DNA from: Candidatus Bathyarchaeota archaeon
GTDB lineage: Archaea; Thermoproteota; Bathyarchaeia; Bathyarchaeales; Bathycorpusculaceae
DNA length: 64,000 nucleotides
Assembly: GCA_963826715.1 (NCBI GenBank)
Contig: CAWGYA010000007.1
Coordinates: 32,001-96,000 of the forward strand
Reading direction: 5' to 3'
Shown: positions 32,944 through 42,509 of the stretch, in pieces
How positions within the stretch are numbered: the stretch's first letter is position 1
Layout of the letters: every line of letters starts with the position of its first letter
Program-made: the position numbers and the translations under genes
The notes under the pieces: model-generated
What the model saw: the letters and a program-made list of their open reading frames with translations, nothing else
Databases searched by the model: none
What the model was told of the DNA's origin: nothing

Positions 32944-33495
32944 ATGAGCAATAAAGTTAGTTTTGTTCTAAATCGCAATCCGCCCTACATGGATACGACC
33001 GTTCCTTATGAACGGACTAAAGCGGAAATTGAGATTCTGCTAAAAAGCTACGGGATAAAGAACATTCGCTGGACCACCCTTGAAGGCCAGGATGATACTT
33101 TAGAGTTCATCATTGACGCTGAAGTGCAGGGTGTCAAGAAGCAACTAGGCGTCGCAGTTAAGCCTCCCCATATAATCCTCAAAAAGAAACTTCATGGCAA
33201 ACTGGTCGATACTGAGAACATTAACCAGGAGTACCGGCTGCTGTTTCATTGGATAAAAAGCAAGATTGAAGCGGTCGTTTGGGGTCTTAGCACAATCGAG
33301 AAGGAATTTCTCAGCGAGGTCTTGATGAAACTGCCCAATGGTCAGCAGTCAACAGTTGGCGAGGTGGTCGTAAATTTGATGAGCAAAGATTCGCTGCAGA
33401 GCTTGCCTTTCTACAGTTCCCGACAGAGCGAGATTCCTCGCCGGCTAATCGAGCTTGAAGTTTTGCCCTCGGAAGATAATTCGGGAGGTTCCTAG
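32944..33495 (+). CDS. viral hypothetical protein
   Basis: TTVPYERTKAEIEILLKSYG...RLLFHWIKSKIEAV, resembling a recurrent phage early-region family. Confidence 0.65.
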   Translation: MSNKVSFVLNRNPPYMDTTVPYERTKAEIEILLKSYGIKNIRWTTLEGQDDTLEFIIDAEVQGVKKQLGVAVKPPHIILKKKLHGKLVDTENINQEYRLLFHWIKSKIEAVVWGLSTIEKEFLSEVLMKLPNGQQSTVGEVVVNLMSKDSLQSLPFYSSRQSEIPRRLIELEVLPSEDNSGGS

Positions 33496-33496
33496 T

Positions 33497-33799
33497 TTGG
33501 GTTATTTTCGTATGGGTCCTCGGAATATTCTTGAGCCTTTGCTTGAGCAGGCTGCTTTAGAGGAGCAGTCGCTGGGTGCTCCTGCAAAAAAGACGTTGCT
33601 TGAAATTGCAGAGCTACTGGTTCGGTGGGCGCCTAACTTGTATAGCAGCTACAGCAACTCATGTTATTCTGACGAGGAGAAGAATGCTGCTAAAGGGTTG
33701 CTGAAAAAGTATGATTTAGAGAAGCTATCTAATTTGAGTCCCCGATACAAGAAGCCCACTCTAGAACTCATAGAGAAATTAAAAGCGGAGCAACTTTAG
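33497..33799 (+). CDS. viral hypothetical protein
   Basis: TTG right after the upstream stop with GGAGG SD. Confidence 0.55.
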   Translation: MGYFRMGPRNILEPLLEQAALEEQSLGAPAKKTLLEIAELLVRWAPNLYSSYSNSCYSDEEKNAAKGLLKKYDLEKLSNLSPRYKKPTLELIEKLKAEQL

Positions 33800-33811
33800 G
33801 AGCTGCGTTTT

Positions 33812-34755
33812 TTGGTTGAAGCATCTGATAACACCGCCAACACCCCTACCAACAGGTGTTGCAACAGTTGGCACCCCTTAAAACCCAGAGGCATAGAAGC
33901 ACTAACATATCAGATTATCGATGCTTCAGAAGTTGAGCTTAAACCATGTGAGATAGCCCGAAAGATCCATGCTCCACGCAAGCCAACACCAGGTCAGTAT
34001 TCCACCGTTCGCTTTTTCTGCTCCAAATTGCTGCAAAAAGGCCTGATCATTCAGCCTTACCCTGGAGCATACTGCAACAAAATCACCTACGGGGTGCGGT
34101 TCGTGCCGCTCTCAGTGCACAACATTAGCTTGCGCAGTTTTGTCTGTCAAGATGTTAAGCATTGGGAGATGGATGAGTTTGTTGGGGGAGTGAAGATTCA
34201 TGTTTGTTTTGGGTCGGAGCGCCGCAAAATCAGCGGTTACCTCGCCTGTGACGTTGGAGGCATGAGCCATGACGCATGTCTGTTGGCGCTTAACCGTTGG
34301 TTTGACCTAGTCAACGACCGTTTAGGCTTCCAACTTAATGATTTGGAGATCTTAACTTTTGAGTGCAACAAAGACTACCATGGCATCAGACTGGATGGTG
34401 TTCAATGCATAACCAAAGTTGACCTTTATGGTATGGTTGAGCGGGTGTATCAGAAAGAGGAAGCCCTTGTTCGCAAGGAACGCAAGGTCACAAAGCCCAT
34501 GAGCGTAAACAGGTTTGAGCAAGCCATAGCCAAAGGTTTTGCTGACACTGAAAGGTCTCAGCATGCATTTGAGAGGTCAAACGCAACACTGAAGCATTAA
34601 AGTATACCAATAGTAGGCTTTTGCAGCTTGAACGTTTAAACGAGGCTATGTTTGGAGCTCTAACTAAGCTCAACGATGTTTTGGGTAAGCTTGGCGATTT
34701 GGGTAGCCCTGTGCCTCTTGGGAAAGGTCAGGATTCTGAGGGGTATGTTCGTTGA
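33812..34755 (+). CDS. wHTH-containing viral protein (possible replication/regulatory), frame break at ~34570
   Basis: LKPCEIARKI...KLLQKGLIIQPYPGAY wHTH; coiled-coil tail EVKRNTEALKYTNSRLLQLE...GYVR lies in another frame ending 34755. Confidence 0.55.
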
Positions 34756-34855
34756 TAGTTATGGAGTTGATTGTTTTGGGAAGTCATGAGAAAAAAAGAG
34801 CTAAGAAACGTCAGAAAGAATTGCAGTTGCAGCTTAAACAGATGGAGGTTGTAGC

Positions 34856-35440
34856 GTGAGCGAGAATAAGACAACGTTGAGGGTACCTGATTTTATGAAA
34901 CCCATTCTGGAAGATATTCGGTTGTTAAAGTCAGATGGCCAGAACCCTAATCGCATGACGAATAAGCAGAAAGAAGAGTTATGGAAGAGTTTGCAGGAGT
35001 TTGGCTGGACAGACCCTATTTTGGCAGATAAGGCTGGAGTTTACGCGGATGGTGAACAGAGGGTTTCTGTTTGCATAGCGCATGGGGAGTTTTGGGCGCC
35101 TGTGTATCGTATGGCTGATTTGTCGGATGTGCAGAGGCGTCGTCTTAGGCTTATTACTAATGAGTTGAAGGGGAAGCACAATCGTAAGGATGAGGAGGCG
35201 GAGTGGCGGCGGATTATCGAATCCGGTCAGCGTAATGAGTTGAAGGGTTTGCTGGATGCGGTTGGGGAGAAGATTCCTGAAGATCTAGGTGGACCTCGGG
35301 AGGGCATGAGCATGATTCCTGAGAGTTACGAGTTGATAATTTCTGGGCGAGAAAGCAAGAATTTTGATGAGTCGACGCAAAAAGCTGCTTTTGAAAAATT
35401 TACAGCTGAAGGCTGGAAAGTGAGAGTGTTGAATCTCTAA
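34856..35440 (+). CDS. ParB/Srx-like N-terminal domain protein
   Basis: NPNRM...LWKSLQEFGWTDPILAD...DGEQR...RLITNEL. Confidence 0.8.
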   Translation: MSENKTTLRVPDFMKPILEDIRLLKSDGQNPNRMTNKQKEELWKSLQEFGWTDPILADKAGVYADGEQRVSVCIAHGEFWAPVYRMADLSDVQRRRLRLITNELKGKHNRKDEEAEWRRIIESGQRNELKGLLDAVGEKIPEDLGGPREGMSMIPESYELIISGRESKNFDESTQKAAFEKFTAEGWKVRVLNL

Positions 35441-36189
35441 TGGACTTCGACTTTACCCACACCTGGACTTCCGGTGGCACTTTTCGTGAAGAAGCTGTCA
35501 AAGGCACCTATGACTTAAAAGACGTTAAGCTTGAAAAACGGATTCGAGGCAGCATCCCCATCGAGAAAATTCAATGGCAGATCGGCGTGGTTGTTGGGAG
35601 CAGTGGCAGTGGAAAAACCAGCATTGCCAAGCAACTTTGGCCTGAAGCTTACTTTGCAGATATGCGAGAACGATATAGATGTAAGTGTTTTCTGAATGAT
35701 TTCCCCGAGGGGGTATCTGTCCTCGAGATTGGCGCCGCTTTGGGCAGTAGCGGTTTTAGTGAGCCGCCTTGTTGGCTTAAGAGTTATGGGGTGTTGAGTC
35801 AGGGTCAGAAGATGAGGGTTGATATCGCTCATGCTTTGTTGTTGCCTCAGTCTTTGGTGGTTTTTGATGAGTATACGTCGACTGTGGATCGGACTGTTGC
35901 CCAGGTAGGTTCACTGGCGATTAAACGTGCCTTGAAGCATAAGGTGGGGAAGCAGTTTATCGCTGTTACTTGCCACTTTGATGTTTTAGATTGGCTTGAA
36001 CCCGACTGGATCTATGACGTAGACAACAACACCTTTGTTGATTATACCGGTACCCTCGAGGATTCTCTGACTGGTTTTGGAACTAAAGTTGTGAGTGTAA
36101 AAAAAAACGATCTCATCCGCCCCTCGAGTTATTTATCTGTAAGTGTGGTTTATCCATGTGGAAGATGTTTAGGGAGCATCATTATCTGA
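35440..36189 (+). CDS. soluble ABC-type ATPase (no transporter partner)
   Basis: GSSGSGKT Walker A, LSQGQKMR signature, VVFDEY Walker B, VTCH H-loop. Confidence 0.9.
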   Translation: MDFDFTHTWTSGGTFREEAVKGTYDLKDVKLEKRIRGSIPIEKIQWQIGVVVGSSGSGKTSIAKQLWPEAYFADMRERYRCKCFLNDFPEGVSVLEIGAALGSSGFSEPPCWLKSYGVLSQGQKMRVDIAHALLLPQSLVVFDEYTSTVDRTVAQVGSLAIKRALKHKVGKQFIAVTCHFDVLDWLEPDWIYDVDNNTFVDYTGTLEDSLTGFGTKVVSVKKNDLIRPSSYLSVSVVYPCGRCLGSIII

Positions 36190-36593
36190 ATACTGAGCGG
36201 CTTGGCGCCGGTGTACGGTGTTATATCGCTAAGCTTGGGGATAAGCCGGTTGCGTTTATCGCTGTTGCCCATGTTAGGATGAAGGCGAATTATTATCGTG
36301 TTAGCCGACTTGTTGTCTTGCCAGATTATCAAGGCATAGGCTTAGGCAAACGGCTCCTAAGCTTCATCGCTGAACTCTACACTTCCCAAATCAACCTACC
36401 CTTCTATCTAGTTACTTCAAATCCTCAGCTTGTCCGAGGCAACATGGGGAACTGGCGTGTAAAACGTGTTGGACATGGCACAGCTGGAAGCGAAGACACA
36501 AGAATCAACTCAGAACTCACCAAAAGCAACAGCAAACGACGCCTAAGCGTAACCCTACAATACATACCTAAATTGAAATCAGGAGGTTCATAG
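36099..36593 (+). CDS. GNAT acetyltransferase, probably the C-terminal part of an ABC-GNAT fusion via -1 shift at A9
   Basis: FREHHYL, RVSRLVVLPDYQGIGLG; -1 frame open from the A run (KRSHPPLELFICKCGLSMWKMF). Confidence 0.8.
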   Translation, partial: KKKRSHPPLELFICKCGLSMWKMFREHHYLNTERLGAGVRCYIAKLGDKPVAFIAVAHVRMKANYYRVSRLVVLPDYQGIGLGKRLLSFIAELYTSQINLPFYLVTSNPQLVRGNMGNWRVKRVGHGTAGSEDTRINSELTKSNSKRRLSVTLQYIPKLKSGGS

Positions 36594-36736
36594 TGCCAAA
36601 AACCTGCAAAGGCAAATGCGGCCGAAAAATATCCTACCAAAACAAAACCGGTTATTGCAAAGAATGCTTTGGCCGCTTCATTCTTAGCCCTAAGGGCGCC
36701 AATGCAAGTAGACGAGAAGTCTCAAGACAAAAATAA
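36593..36736 (+). CDS. small zinc-finger protein (47 aa, not in ORF track)
   Basis: AGGAGG SD + GTG; MPKTCKGKCGRKISYQNKTGYCKEC. Confidence 0.6.
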   Translation: MPKTCKGKCGRKISYQNKTGYCKECFGRFILSPKGANASRREVSRQK

Positions 36737-36748
36737 CTTTAATTACCC

Positions 36749-37267
36749 CTAAGTCGTCGTCCCAGAATCGGTCTCGTGCGCCCTATGGTCGTTATCTGTC
36801 ACCGTTTGGTCGAAAGCTTTTGAATAATATGCGTACGATGGAAAATTTGTAATTTGCAGTGGTGCTATACAAATATCAAAATACTCTATTTCTCTAAGAT
36901 TTTGGACAGTTTTAACGATACTATTGAAGTCCTCGATATCTGTACATATCGCTTGAACTAGCAAATCAAAGTCGCCCATTGTGTGAGTAGCAACAATGAC
37001 ATTTTGGACATGACTAATTTTTTCAAAAAATTCCTTCGCGTCGGTGTCAGGGCAAAGTTTTATGAAAAATAATACGGATTGCTTGAAACCGCATCTTTTT
37101 AGATCTATGGTTATTGAAGCTCGCTGGATTATCCCTTCTTTTTTCAGCGCATTGTATCTTCTAATAACGGTATCTGTCCCGATGCCGAGACTTTCCGCTA
37201 TATTGCTAAATGGTTGCTGCGCGTTTTTTAGTAAACAGTTTATTATTTGTCGGTCTATTTTGTCCAA
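36749..37267 (-). CDS. Lrp/AsnC family regulator
   Basis: MDKIDRQII..L..NAQQPFSNIAESLG HTH, GDFDLLV RAM domain. Confidence 0.9.
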   Translation of the reverse strand: MDKIDRQIINCLLKNAQQPFSNIAESLGIGTDTVIRRYNALKKEGIIQRASITIDLKRCGFKQSVLFFIKLCPDTDAKEFFEKISHVQNVIVATHTMGDFDLLVQAICTDIEDFNSIVKTVQNLREIEYFDICIAPLQITNFPSYAYYSKAFDQTVTDNDHRAHETDSGTTT

Positions 37268-37269
37268 AA

Positions 37270-37743
37270 CTAAGGCCTCACCAGTTTTTTAAGTGATATA
37301 TTTTCCGGTCTCGCTAGCGCCTCTTCAGGGTCGATCCAGATGCTTCCTTTTACTTGAAGAACCGCTGGGTGTCTTCTAATTTTCTCTTTTACAACTTGCA
37401 TTTCAGAAACATTTCTTAAGAAAACCCAAACAAAGATGTTGTAGGTTCCTATCGTTCCTGCAAAAAGATCTGCGCCAGGCACTTCTTTGAGGTACTCGAG
37501 GACTTCAGAAACTCGTGAAGGTATCGCTTTGATGCCCAGATTTGCAATGCAATGATAGCCAAACCGTGTTAAATCAACTTGAATTATTGATCCTGTAATT
37601 ATGCTTTTGTCTTTCAGCTTTTTAACTCGTGTACTTACGGCGTTTTTTGTGATACCTAGTTCTTTCGCATATTCCGTCAGATTTAGGCGAGCATCCATTT
37701 GTAGAGCTCTTATCAAAGCGATATCTGTTTCGTCGATCGTCAT
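37270..37743 (-). CDS. Lrp/AsnC family regulator
   Basis: IDETDIALIRALQMDAR, GTYNIFV; start moved to MTIDE. Confidence 0.9.
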   Translation of the reverse strand: MTIDETDIALIRALQMDARLNLTEYAKELGITKNAVSTRVKKLKDKSIITGSIIQVDLTRFGYHCIANLGIKAIPSRVSEVLEYLKEVPGADLFAGTIGTYNIFVWVFLRNVSEMQVVKEKIRRHPAVLQVKGSIWIDPEEALARPENISLKKLVRP

Positions 37744-37940
37744 TCTGAACCATAATGCCTTTGCTTTAGCGTCGTATAAATCTTTGCAACAGAAAATAGC
37801 ATCTATCTTAAAGAAAAACTTGATTTTGTGTGACATTTTCGCATAACAATTGTAATTATACGAAAATGTTAAATAAACTTCGCAGAAGAATAGAGCATGC
37901 TGGAATATCAATAAATTGTATTTCAAGCAAAAACTAAAAA

Positions 37941-40544
37941 ATGGTGGAAAAAATGAAAAAAATAGTTACCAAAAAAAATAGTATCTTTGCAATCACTTTG
38001 CTTGTTTTACTCAGTGCTTCAATCGCAGTCAGTGCTTTTCCGCAAGTTAACGCAGCAACAACAACCGGTTCGAAACAAACCTATGTCTTTTTAGGCCTGT
38101 CACGTAATCCAATCGGCGTCGGTCAAGCAGAAATCCTAAACGTTGGAATTTCAGACCCTATACAAACAGGATATGGCTGGAAAGACCTAAGTGTAACAAT
38201 AACAAAACCTGATGGAACAACCACTAAAATCAGTGACATCACTACGGATCCTGCAGGTAGCAGCGGTGTACTCTTTGTCCCTGATCAAGCCGGCAACTAC
38301 ACTCTGCAATCCCATTTTCCCGAACAATGGTACAACTATAGCGGGTTTTCAATATTTGGGCAACCTGAAGCAACAAACATACTCTACAAAGCAAGCGACA
38401 GTCCCGTAGTTTCTCTCGCAGTTCAAGAGGAACCAATACCCGATTATCCCATTGCAGGACTGCCGACTGAATATTGGACTAGGCCAATTAACAGTCAGCT
38501 ATCAGCTTGGTATTCAATTGGCGGCAACTGGCTTGTATCTTGGGATGCTCAACCAGCTCAAAACTTCTACGTTACTGGCAATGATCAATCGCCGAGGTCT
38601 GCGCATATTCTTTGGACAAAACAGCTATCAGCAGGTGGCCTTGTTGGAGCGCCGCTCAACTATAGTGGTTATGATGTTGGCGAAGCCTACGAATACCAGT
38701 TTGCAGGCTCCATTATAATCAACGGCATTCTATACTACAACCAATATCCCAGCAGCTATGCAAGTGCAGCGAAAACACTTTGTGCGGCAGACTTACGAAC
38801 AGGCCAATTGCTTTGGACACAACCTGGAGTTTGGATGAATCGCGGTCAACTTTTTGATTTTAGTACCGAAAATCAGCATGGAACTTTTAGCTACATATGG
38901 GCAAGGAACGGAACATTTTCGATGATGGGCGCAAGTGGACCTTGGTGTGCGTATAATGCTATGACTGGCGACTGGATGTACACAATGTCAAATGTCCCTT
39001 CAGGAACTATGATGACTGGACCTAGCGGTGAAATGCTAGTTTTAGTGGTAAATCAAGCCAATGGTTGGATGGCATTATGGAATTCAAGCGCTATACCTGC
39101 ATTACGTGCTGGTGCTTACGGAACATGGCTGTGGAATCAATGGCGACCTTGGGGGAAGACAGTCGACGCTCAAGCGGTTTGTGCCGTCACGCCTGAAACA
39201 CCAATTGGAATTTCGGGTTATTCGTGGAACGTGACAATTCCAAAAGGGTTGCCTGGCAGTGTAGTTACCGCCTTCCCTGATGACTTAGTTTATGGATACT
39301 CCCGTGGTGCATCTGTGATTAACCAGGTAACGCTGCAAACTACTCCTACTGATCAATTCTATGCTTGGGCTGTAAGCTTAAACCCGCAAACACGAGGTCA
39401 ACTTCTTTGGAATAAAACTGAACCATTGCCGGCTGGAAACATTACCATCACTGCTCAGTTCGGGCCCCAAGATGCTCAATCTAGGACGTTTTGTGTCTTC
39501 CTAAAAGAGACAAGACAATGGGTTGGTTATAGTCTGGACACAGGAAATGAACTCTGGACAACCGAATCTCAGTATTACATGGATCAATACACTACTATCG
39601 GTGCAGTCTGGGGCATTAACAGTGCGATTGCTTATGGTCGTCTGTATGCGATCCACTACGGCGGTATCTTGTATTGTTATGACATTACTACAGGCAAAAC
39701 GCTTTGGACTTATGCTAACGCAGATCCATATGGCACAGAATTAAGAAATACAAACTTCCCTTCTGATATCTGCATGATAACTAACGGAATGATCGTTATT
39801 ACTCCGTCTGAATTCAATCCACTAATTCCAAGACCTCAGGGTGCATACACAGTTTGCTTAAACGCTACAACTGGACAAGTCATCTGGAAACTTAATCTGG
39901 CAGGACCCGGAGGCTCCGGAAAACCAATTATCGGCGACAATATCATCGCGGCATTCAACGAGTACGACAACCAAATCTATTCAATAGGTAAAGGACCAAC
40001 AGCTGTCAGCGTAACAGCCCCCAGCGACAGTGTCACTTTAGGAAATTCTGTAATAATTCGCGGATCTGTTACTGACATCTCGGCTGGCACTACTCAAAGC
40101 AACATTGCTCCTCGTTTTCCAAATGGTGTTCCCGCAGTCTCTGATGACAGCATGATTGAATGGATGCAATACGTCTACATGCAGCTGCCGCGCCCAACCA
40201 ACACTACCGGCGTACCAGTGACACTAAGCGTAGTCGATGCTAACGGAAACTACCGCCAAATCGGCACAACTACAACGAGTGACGGTTTCTTCACGTTTAA
40301 CTGGAAACCCGACATTGATGGACAATACACAGTGTACGCTTCTTTTGCAGGCAGTGAATCGTATTTCCCATCACAAGGAATGACCTCTTTTGCCGTTGAC
40401 CAAGCCTCATCAACACCGCAACCACCGCAACCGCCAATGCAAGGTATTGCTGACCAATACTTCATCCCGGCAATTGTAGGTCTCTTTATCTTCATTGCCA
40501 TCATCGGCGTTACAGTAATCTTAGTCCAAAGGAAACGGCCATAA
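37941..40544 (+). CDS. large secreted PQQ-like beta-propeller surface protein with Ig-like domains and C-terminal TM
   Basis: Signal peptide; repeats DLRTGQLLW, LDTGNELW, ITTGKTLW, ATTGQVIW; TM + QRKRP. Confidence 0.85.
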   Translation: MVEKMKKIVTKKNSIFAITLLVLLSASIAVSAFPQVNAATTTGSKQTYVFLGLSRNPIGVGQAEILNVGISDPIQTGYGWKDLSVTITKPDGTTTKISDITTDPAGSSGVLFVPDQAGNYTLQSHFPEQWYNYSGFSIFGQPEATNILYKASDSPVVSLAVQEEPIPDYPIAGLPTEYWTRPINSQLSAWYSIGGNWLVSWDAQPAQNFYVTGNDQSPRSAHILWTKQLSAGGLVGAPLNYSGYDVGEAYEYQFAGSIIINGILYYNQYPSSYASAAKTLCAADLRTGQLLWTQPGVWMNRGQLFDFSTENQHGTFSYIWARNGTFSMMGASGPWCAYNAMTGDWMYTMSNVPSGTMMTGPSGEMLVLVVNQANGWMALWNSSAIPALRAGAYGTWLWNQWRPWGKTVDAQAVCAVTPETPIGISGYSWNVTIPKGLPGSVVTAFPDDLVYGYSRGASVINQVTLQTTPTDQFYAWAVSLNPQTRGQLLWNKTEPLPAGNITITAQFGPQDAQSRTFCVFLKETRQWVGYSLDTGNELWTTESQYYMDQYTTIGAVWGINSAIAYGRLYAIHYGGILYCYDITTGKTLWTYANADPYGTELRNTNFPSDICMITNGMIVITPSEFNPLIPRPQGAYTVCLNATTGQVIWKLNLAGPGGSGKPIIGDNIIAAFNEYDNQIYSIGKGPTAVSVTAPSDSVTLGNSVIIRGSVTDISAGTTQSNIAPRFPNGVPAVSDDSMIEWMQYVYMQLPRPTNTTGVPVTLSVVDANGNYRQIGTTTTSDGFFTFNWKPDIDGQYTVYASFAGSESYFPSQGMTSFAVDQASSTPQPPQPPMQGIADQYFIPAIVGLFIFIAIIGVTVILVQRKRP

Positions 40545-40914
40545 ACAAACCAAACCACCTCTTTCCTTTTTTTTTATTTCCGTTAAAAAATGTGGGCTGA
40601 AAAGCTCTCGCAGATACAATATAGTTGTCAATAGAGTTTGCATTTCTCTTTCTCCTTAGGTGCCCAGAGCCTTAGCACACCACTATTTATTTTCGGTAAT
40701 TCTACCATTCAATTGAAGGAAGGTTACCCGAAAAAACCCTGGAATTTTGCTCAATATTCTTTATGCAATTGCTTAAAGGCAAGTACTAATTAGTGTAATT
40801 ATTCAAGTTAGCCTCTTGCAAGCAAGCGTTTAGTTTTCCTCGCCTCCTTAGCTGGAGCGTGAACGGTTTGCAGTGGTTTCTGTCATTGTTCATAATTTTG
40901 TTAGGGTGTTGTTT

Positions 40915-41181
40915 ATGCCTCATAAAAGAAGTTTGCATGGAAAAATTATTCAGCGACAGCGGGAGCAAGATTACGCTGTTATTAAGGTTCAGCGTACGGC
41001 GGCTTGGCAATACATTAGAGAGACTGAATTTCGCGATCGCTTAATCTGCGAGACCGTCTGTCGAATTGATATTAATACGCTAACTGATGAGTTGGCAAAG
41101 CTTTTTGGTCAGCCTGAATCTGAAGCTGTTCCTAACGTTGAGCAGGGTTTAGTTCTTGATGGTCCGTTAAGGGAGCTTTGA
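40915..41181 (+). CDS. viral hypothetical protein
   Basis: MPHKRSL... first gene of the late operon; GGGTG SD. Confidence 0.5.
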   Translation: MPHKRSLHGKIIQRQREQDYAVIKVQRTAAWQYIRETEFRDRLICETVCRIDINTLTDELAKLFGQPESEAVPNVEQGLVLDGPLREL

Positions 41182-41441
41182 TTCTGATGCCTGAAGAGTC
41201 ACATCCTGACTATAGCCTATGCCCCAGTTGCCCTGAGATCAAGCGCAAGATTGACCGTATAGATTTGGCTCTTTTGGGTGAGGATGGCACTGGCTTAAAC
41301 GGCGGCATTGTTAGGGCTATTACGGATTTGCAAAAGAAAAATAAGGTTTCGGCAAGTTGGGCAAGTTTTGCAAAACCCATCGCAATTGCTGTTGTCACGT
41401 CAATTGTGACTTTTCTGTTAACTTACGCTTTAGCTCATTAA
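41178..41441 (+). CDS. coiled-coil + C-terminal TM protein (holin/XhlA-like candidate)
   Basis: IKRKIDRIDLALLGEDG...single C-terminal TM. Confidence 0.5.
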   Translation: MILMPEESHPDYSLCPSCPEIKRKIDRIDLALLGEDGTGLNGGIVRAITDLQKKNKVSASWASFAKPIAIAVVTSIVTFLLTYALAH

Positions 41442-41459
41442 TTTAGGAGAGGAGATTGT

Positions 41460-41624
41460 TTGGAACCTGAAGAGTTTATTGGCGAAATTAAGAAGACCTT
41501 TAGTCGTGCATGTGCTTTACCCGATTGGATGCAGCAGATTCTCTTAGAAGACATAAATGCTGCTATAGAAAACCGCATTCGCACAATGGAACTCATCATT
41601 CAAGCCAAAACCCAGGGAACCTGA
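41460..41624 (+). CDS. small hypothetical protein (54 aa, not in ORF track)
   Basis: AGGAG SD + TTG; LPDWMQQILLEDINAAIENRIRTMELI. Confidence 0.55.
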   Translation: MEPEEFIGEIKKTFSRACALPDWMQQILLEDINAAIENRIRTMELIIQAKTQGT

Positions 41625-41656
41625 ACAATAAAACAATTCGAAGGGAGAGCACAAAA

Positions 41657-41917
41657 TTGGTAAAAAGATCCACTTTTGAACAGTCCTTGGCTATCTTGGA
41701 AGTTGTGCGAACGCCAAAGATTCTAACGCATATTATGTATAAAACAAACGTTAATTGCAATGTACTCAAACCGCTTATTGAGGACCTGATGAAGAAGGGT
41801 TTAATCACCACAGTTGAGCTGCGCAAAGGAATTTCAAGAAAGCATTATGTGATTTCTCAAAATGGCATAGATGTGCTTTATGCTGTTAGAAAGGCATCGG
41901 AGTTGCTGCAGGCTTAA
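41657..41917 (+). CDS. archaeal winged-helix protein (ArnR1/HTH_45-like)
   Basis: KRSTFEQSLAILE...THIMYKTNVN...LMKKGLI...YVISQNG. Confidence 0.75.
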   Translation: MVKRSTFEQSLAILEVVRTPKILTHIMYKTNVNCNVLKPLIEDLMKKGLITTVELRKGISRKHYVISQNGIDVLYAVRKASELLQA

Positions 41918-41930
41918 GGAGTATGGTTTT

Positions 41931-42509
41931 TTGTCGATGTCGATGGAAGAGGCTTTGGGCATTAAGAAACCTGAGCCGAAAGCGCCGACTGTAGAGGATG
42001 CGTTGGAGATTGAATATTCGCCTGCTGAACTGAAGAAAATCCAGCGAGATAAGATTATTCTTGAGGAGACAGCGAATAAGGGGGCGACAATTCCTGAAAT
42101 TTACGAGATTTTACGAGAAAAGGGGCATCCTGCATGCCAAAAAACTATCTGGACAGTTCTGCACAGTGACCGCGCCACTAAGCTTAGGGAAGAGATGGAG
42201 CGTGCGCAGTGTCGGGATATTGCGCTACTGCGTGCTTATGCTTTGCAGGATAGGGATTTGAAGGCGTTGGCTGCGGCGATTGCAGCGCGTGGGCAGATGA
42301 TTAAGAATTTGACGCCTAACAGTCAGCCGAATGTGAATGTGGAAGTGAATGTCGCTAACAAAACCGAACACGTGCTCCTCGCAGAATACGCCGGTGTCAT
42401 ATCGGAAGCTGCAACTCTTAACAGCAATCTTTCAAGAGTACGTGTTGGAGAATCCTTGGATTCCGAATCGTCCTCATCCAATAACGGGAAAGAGCGGTCC
42501 GACGCCTAA
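41931..42509 (+). CDS. terS: putative terminase small subunit
   Basis: HTH-like N-terminus plus helical hairpin, immediately upstream of and overlapping terL. Confidence 0.55.
   Translation: MSMSMEEALGIKKPEPKAPTVEDALEIEYSPAELKKIQRDKIILEETANKGATIPEIYEILREKGHPACQKTIWTVLHSDRATKLREEMERAQCRDIALLRAYALQDRDLKALAAAIAARGQMIKNLTPNSQPNVNVEVNVANKTEHVLLAEYAGVISEAATLNSNLSRVRVGESLDSESSSSNNGKERSDA

Noticed and set aside
35440-36189. ABC ATPase as a membrane transporter
   Set aside because: No permease or binding protein nearby; the context is ParB and GNAT
40805-40875. Foldable GC-rich leader upstream of the late operon
   Set aside because: Stems are short and irregular; cannot distinguish from an ordinary 5' UTR without homologues
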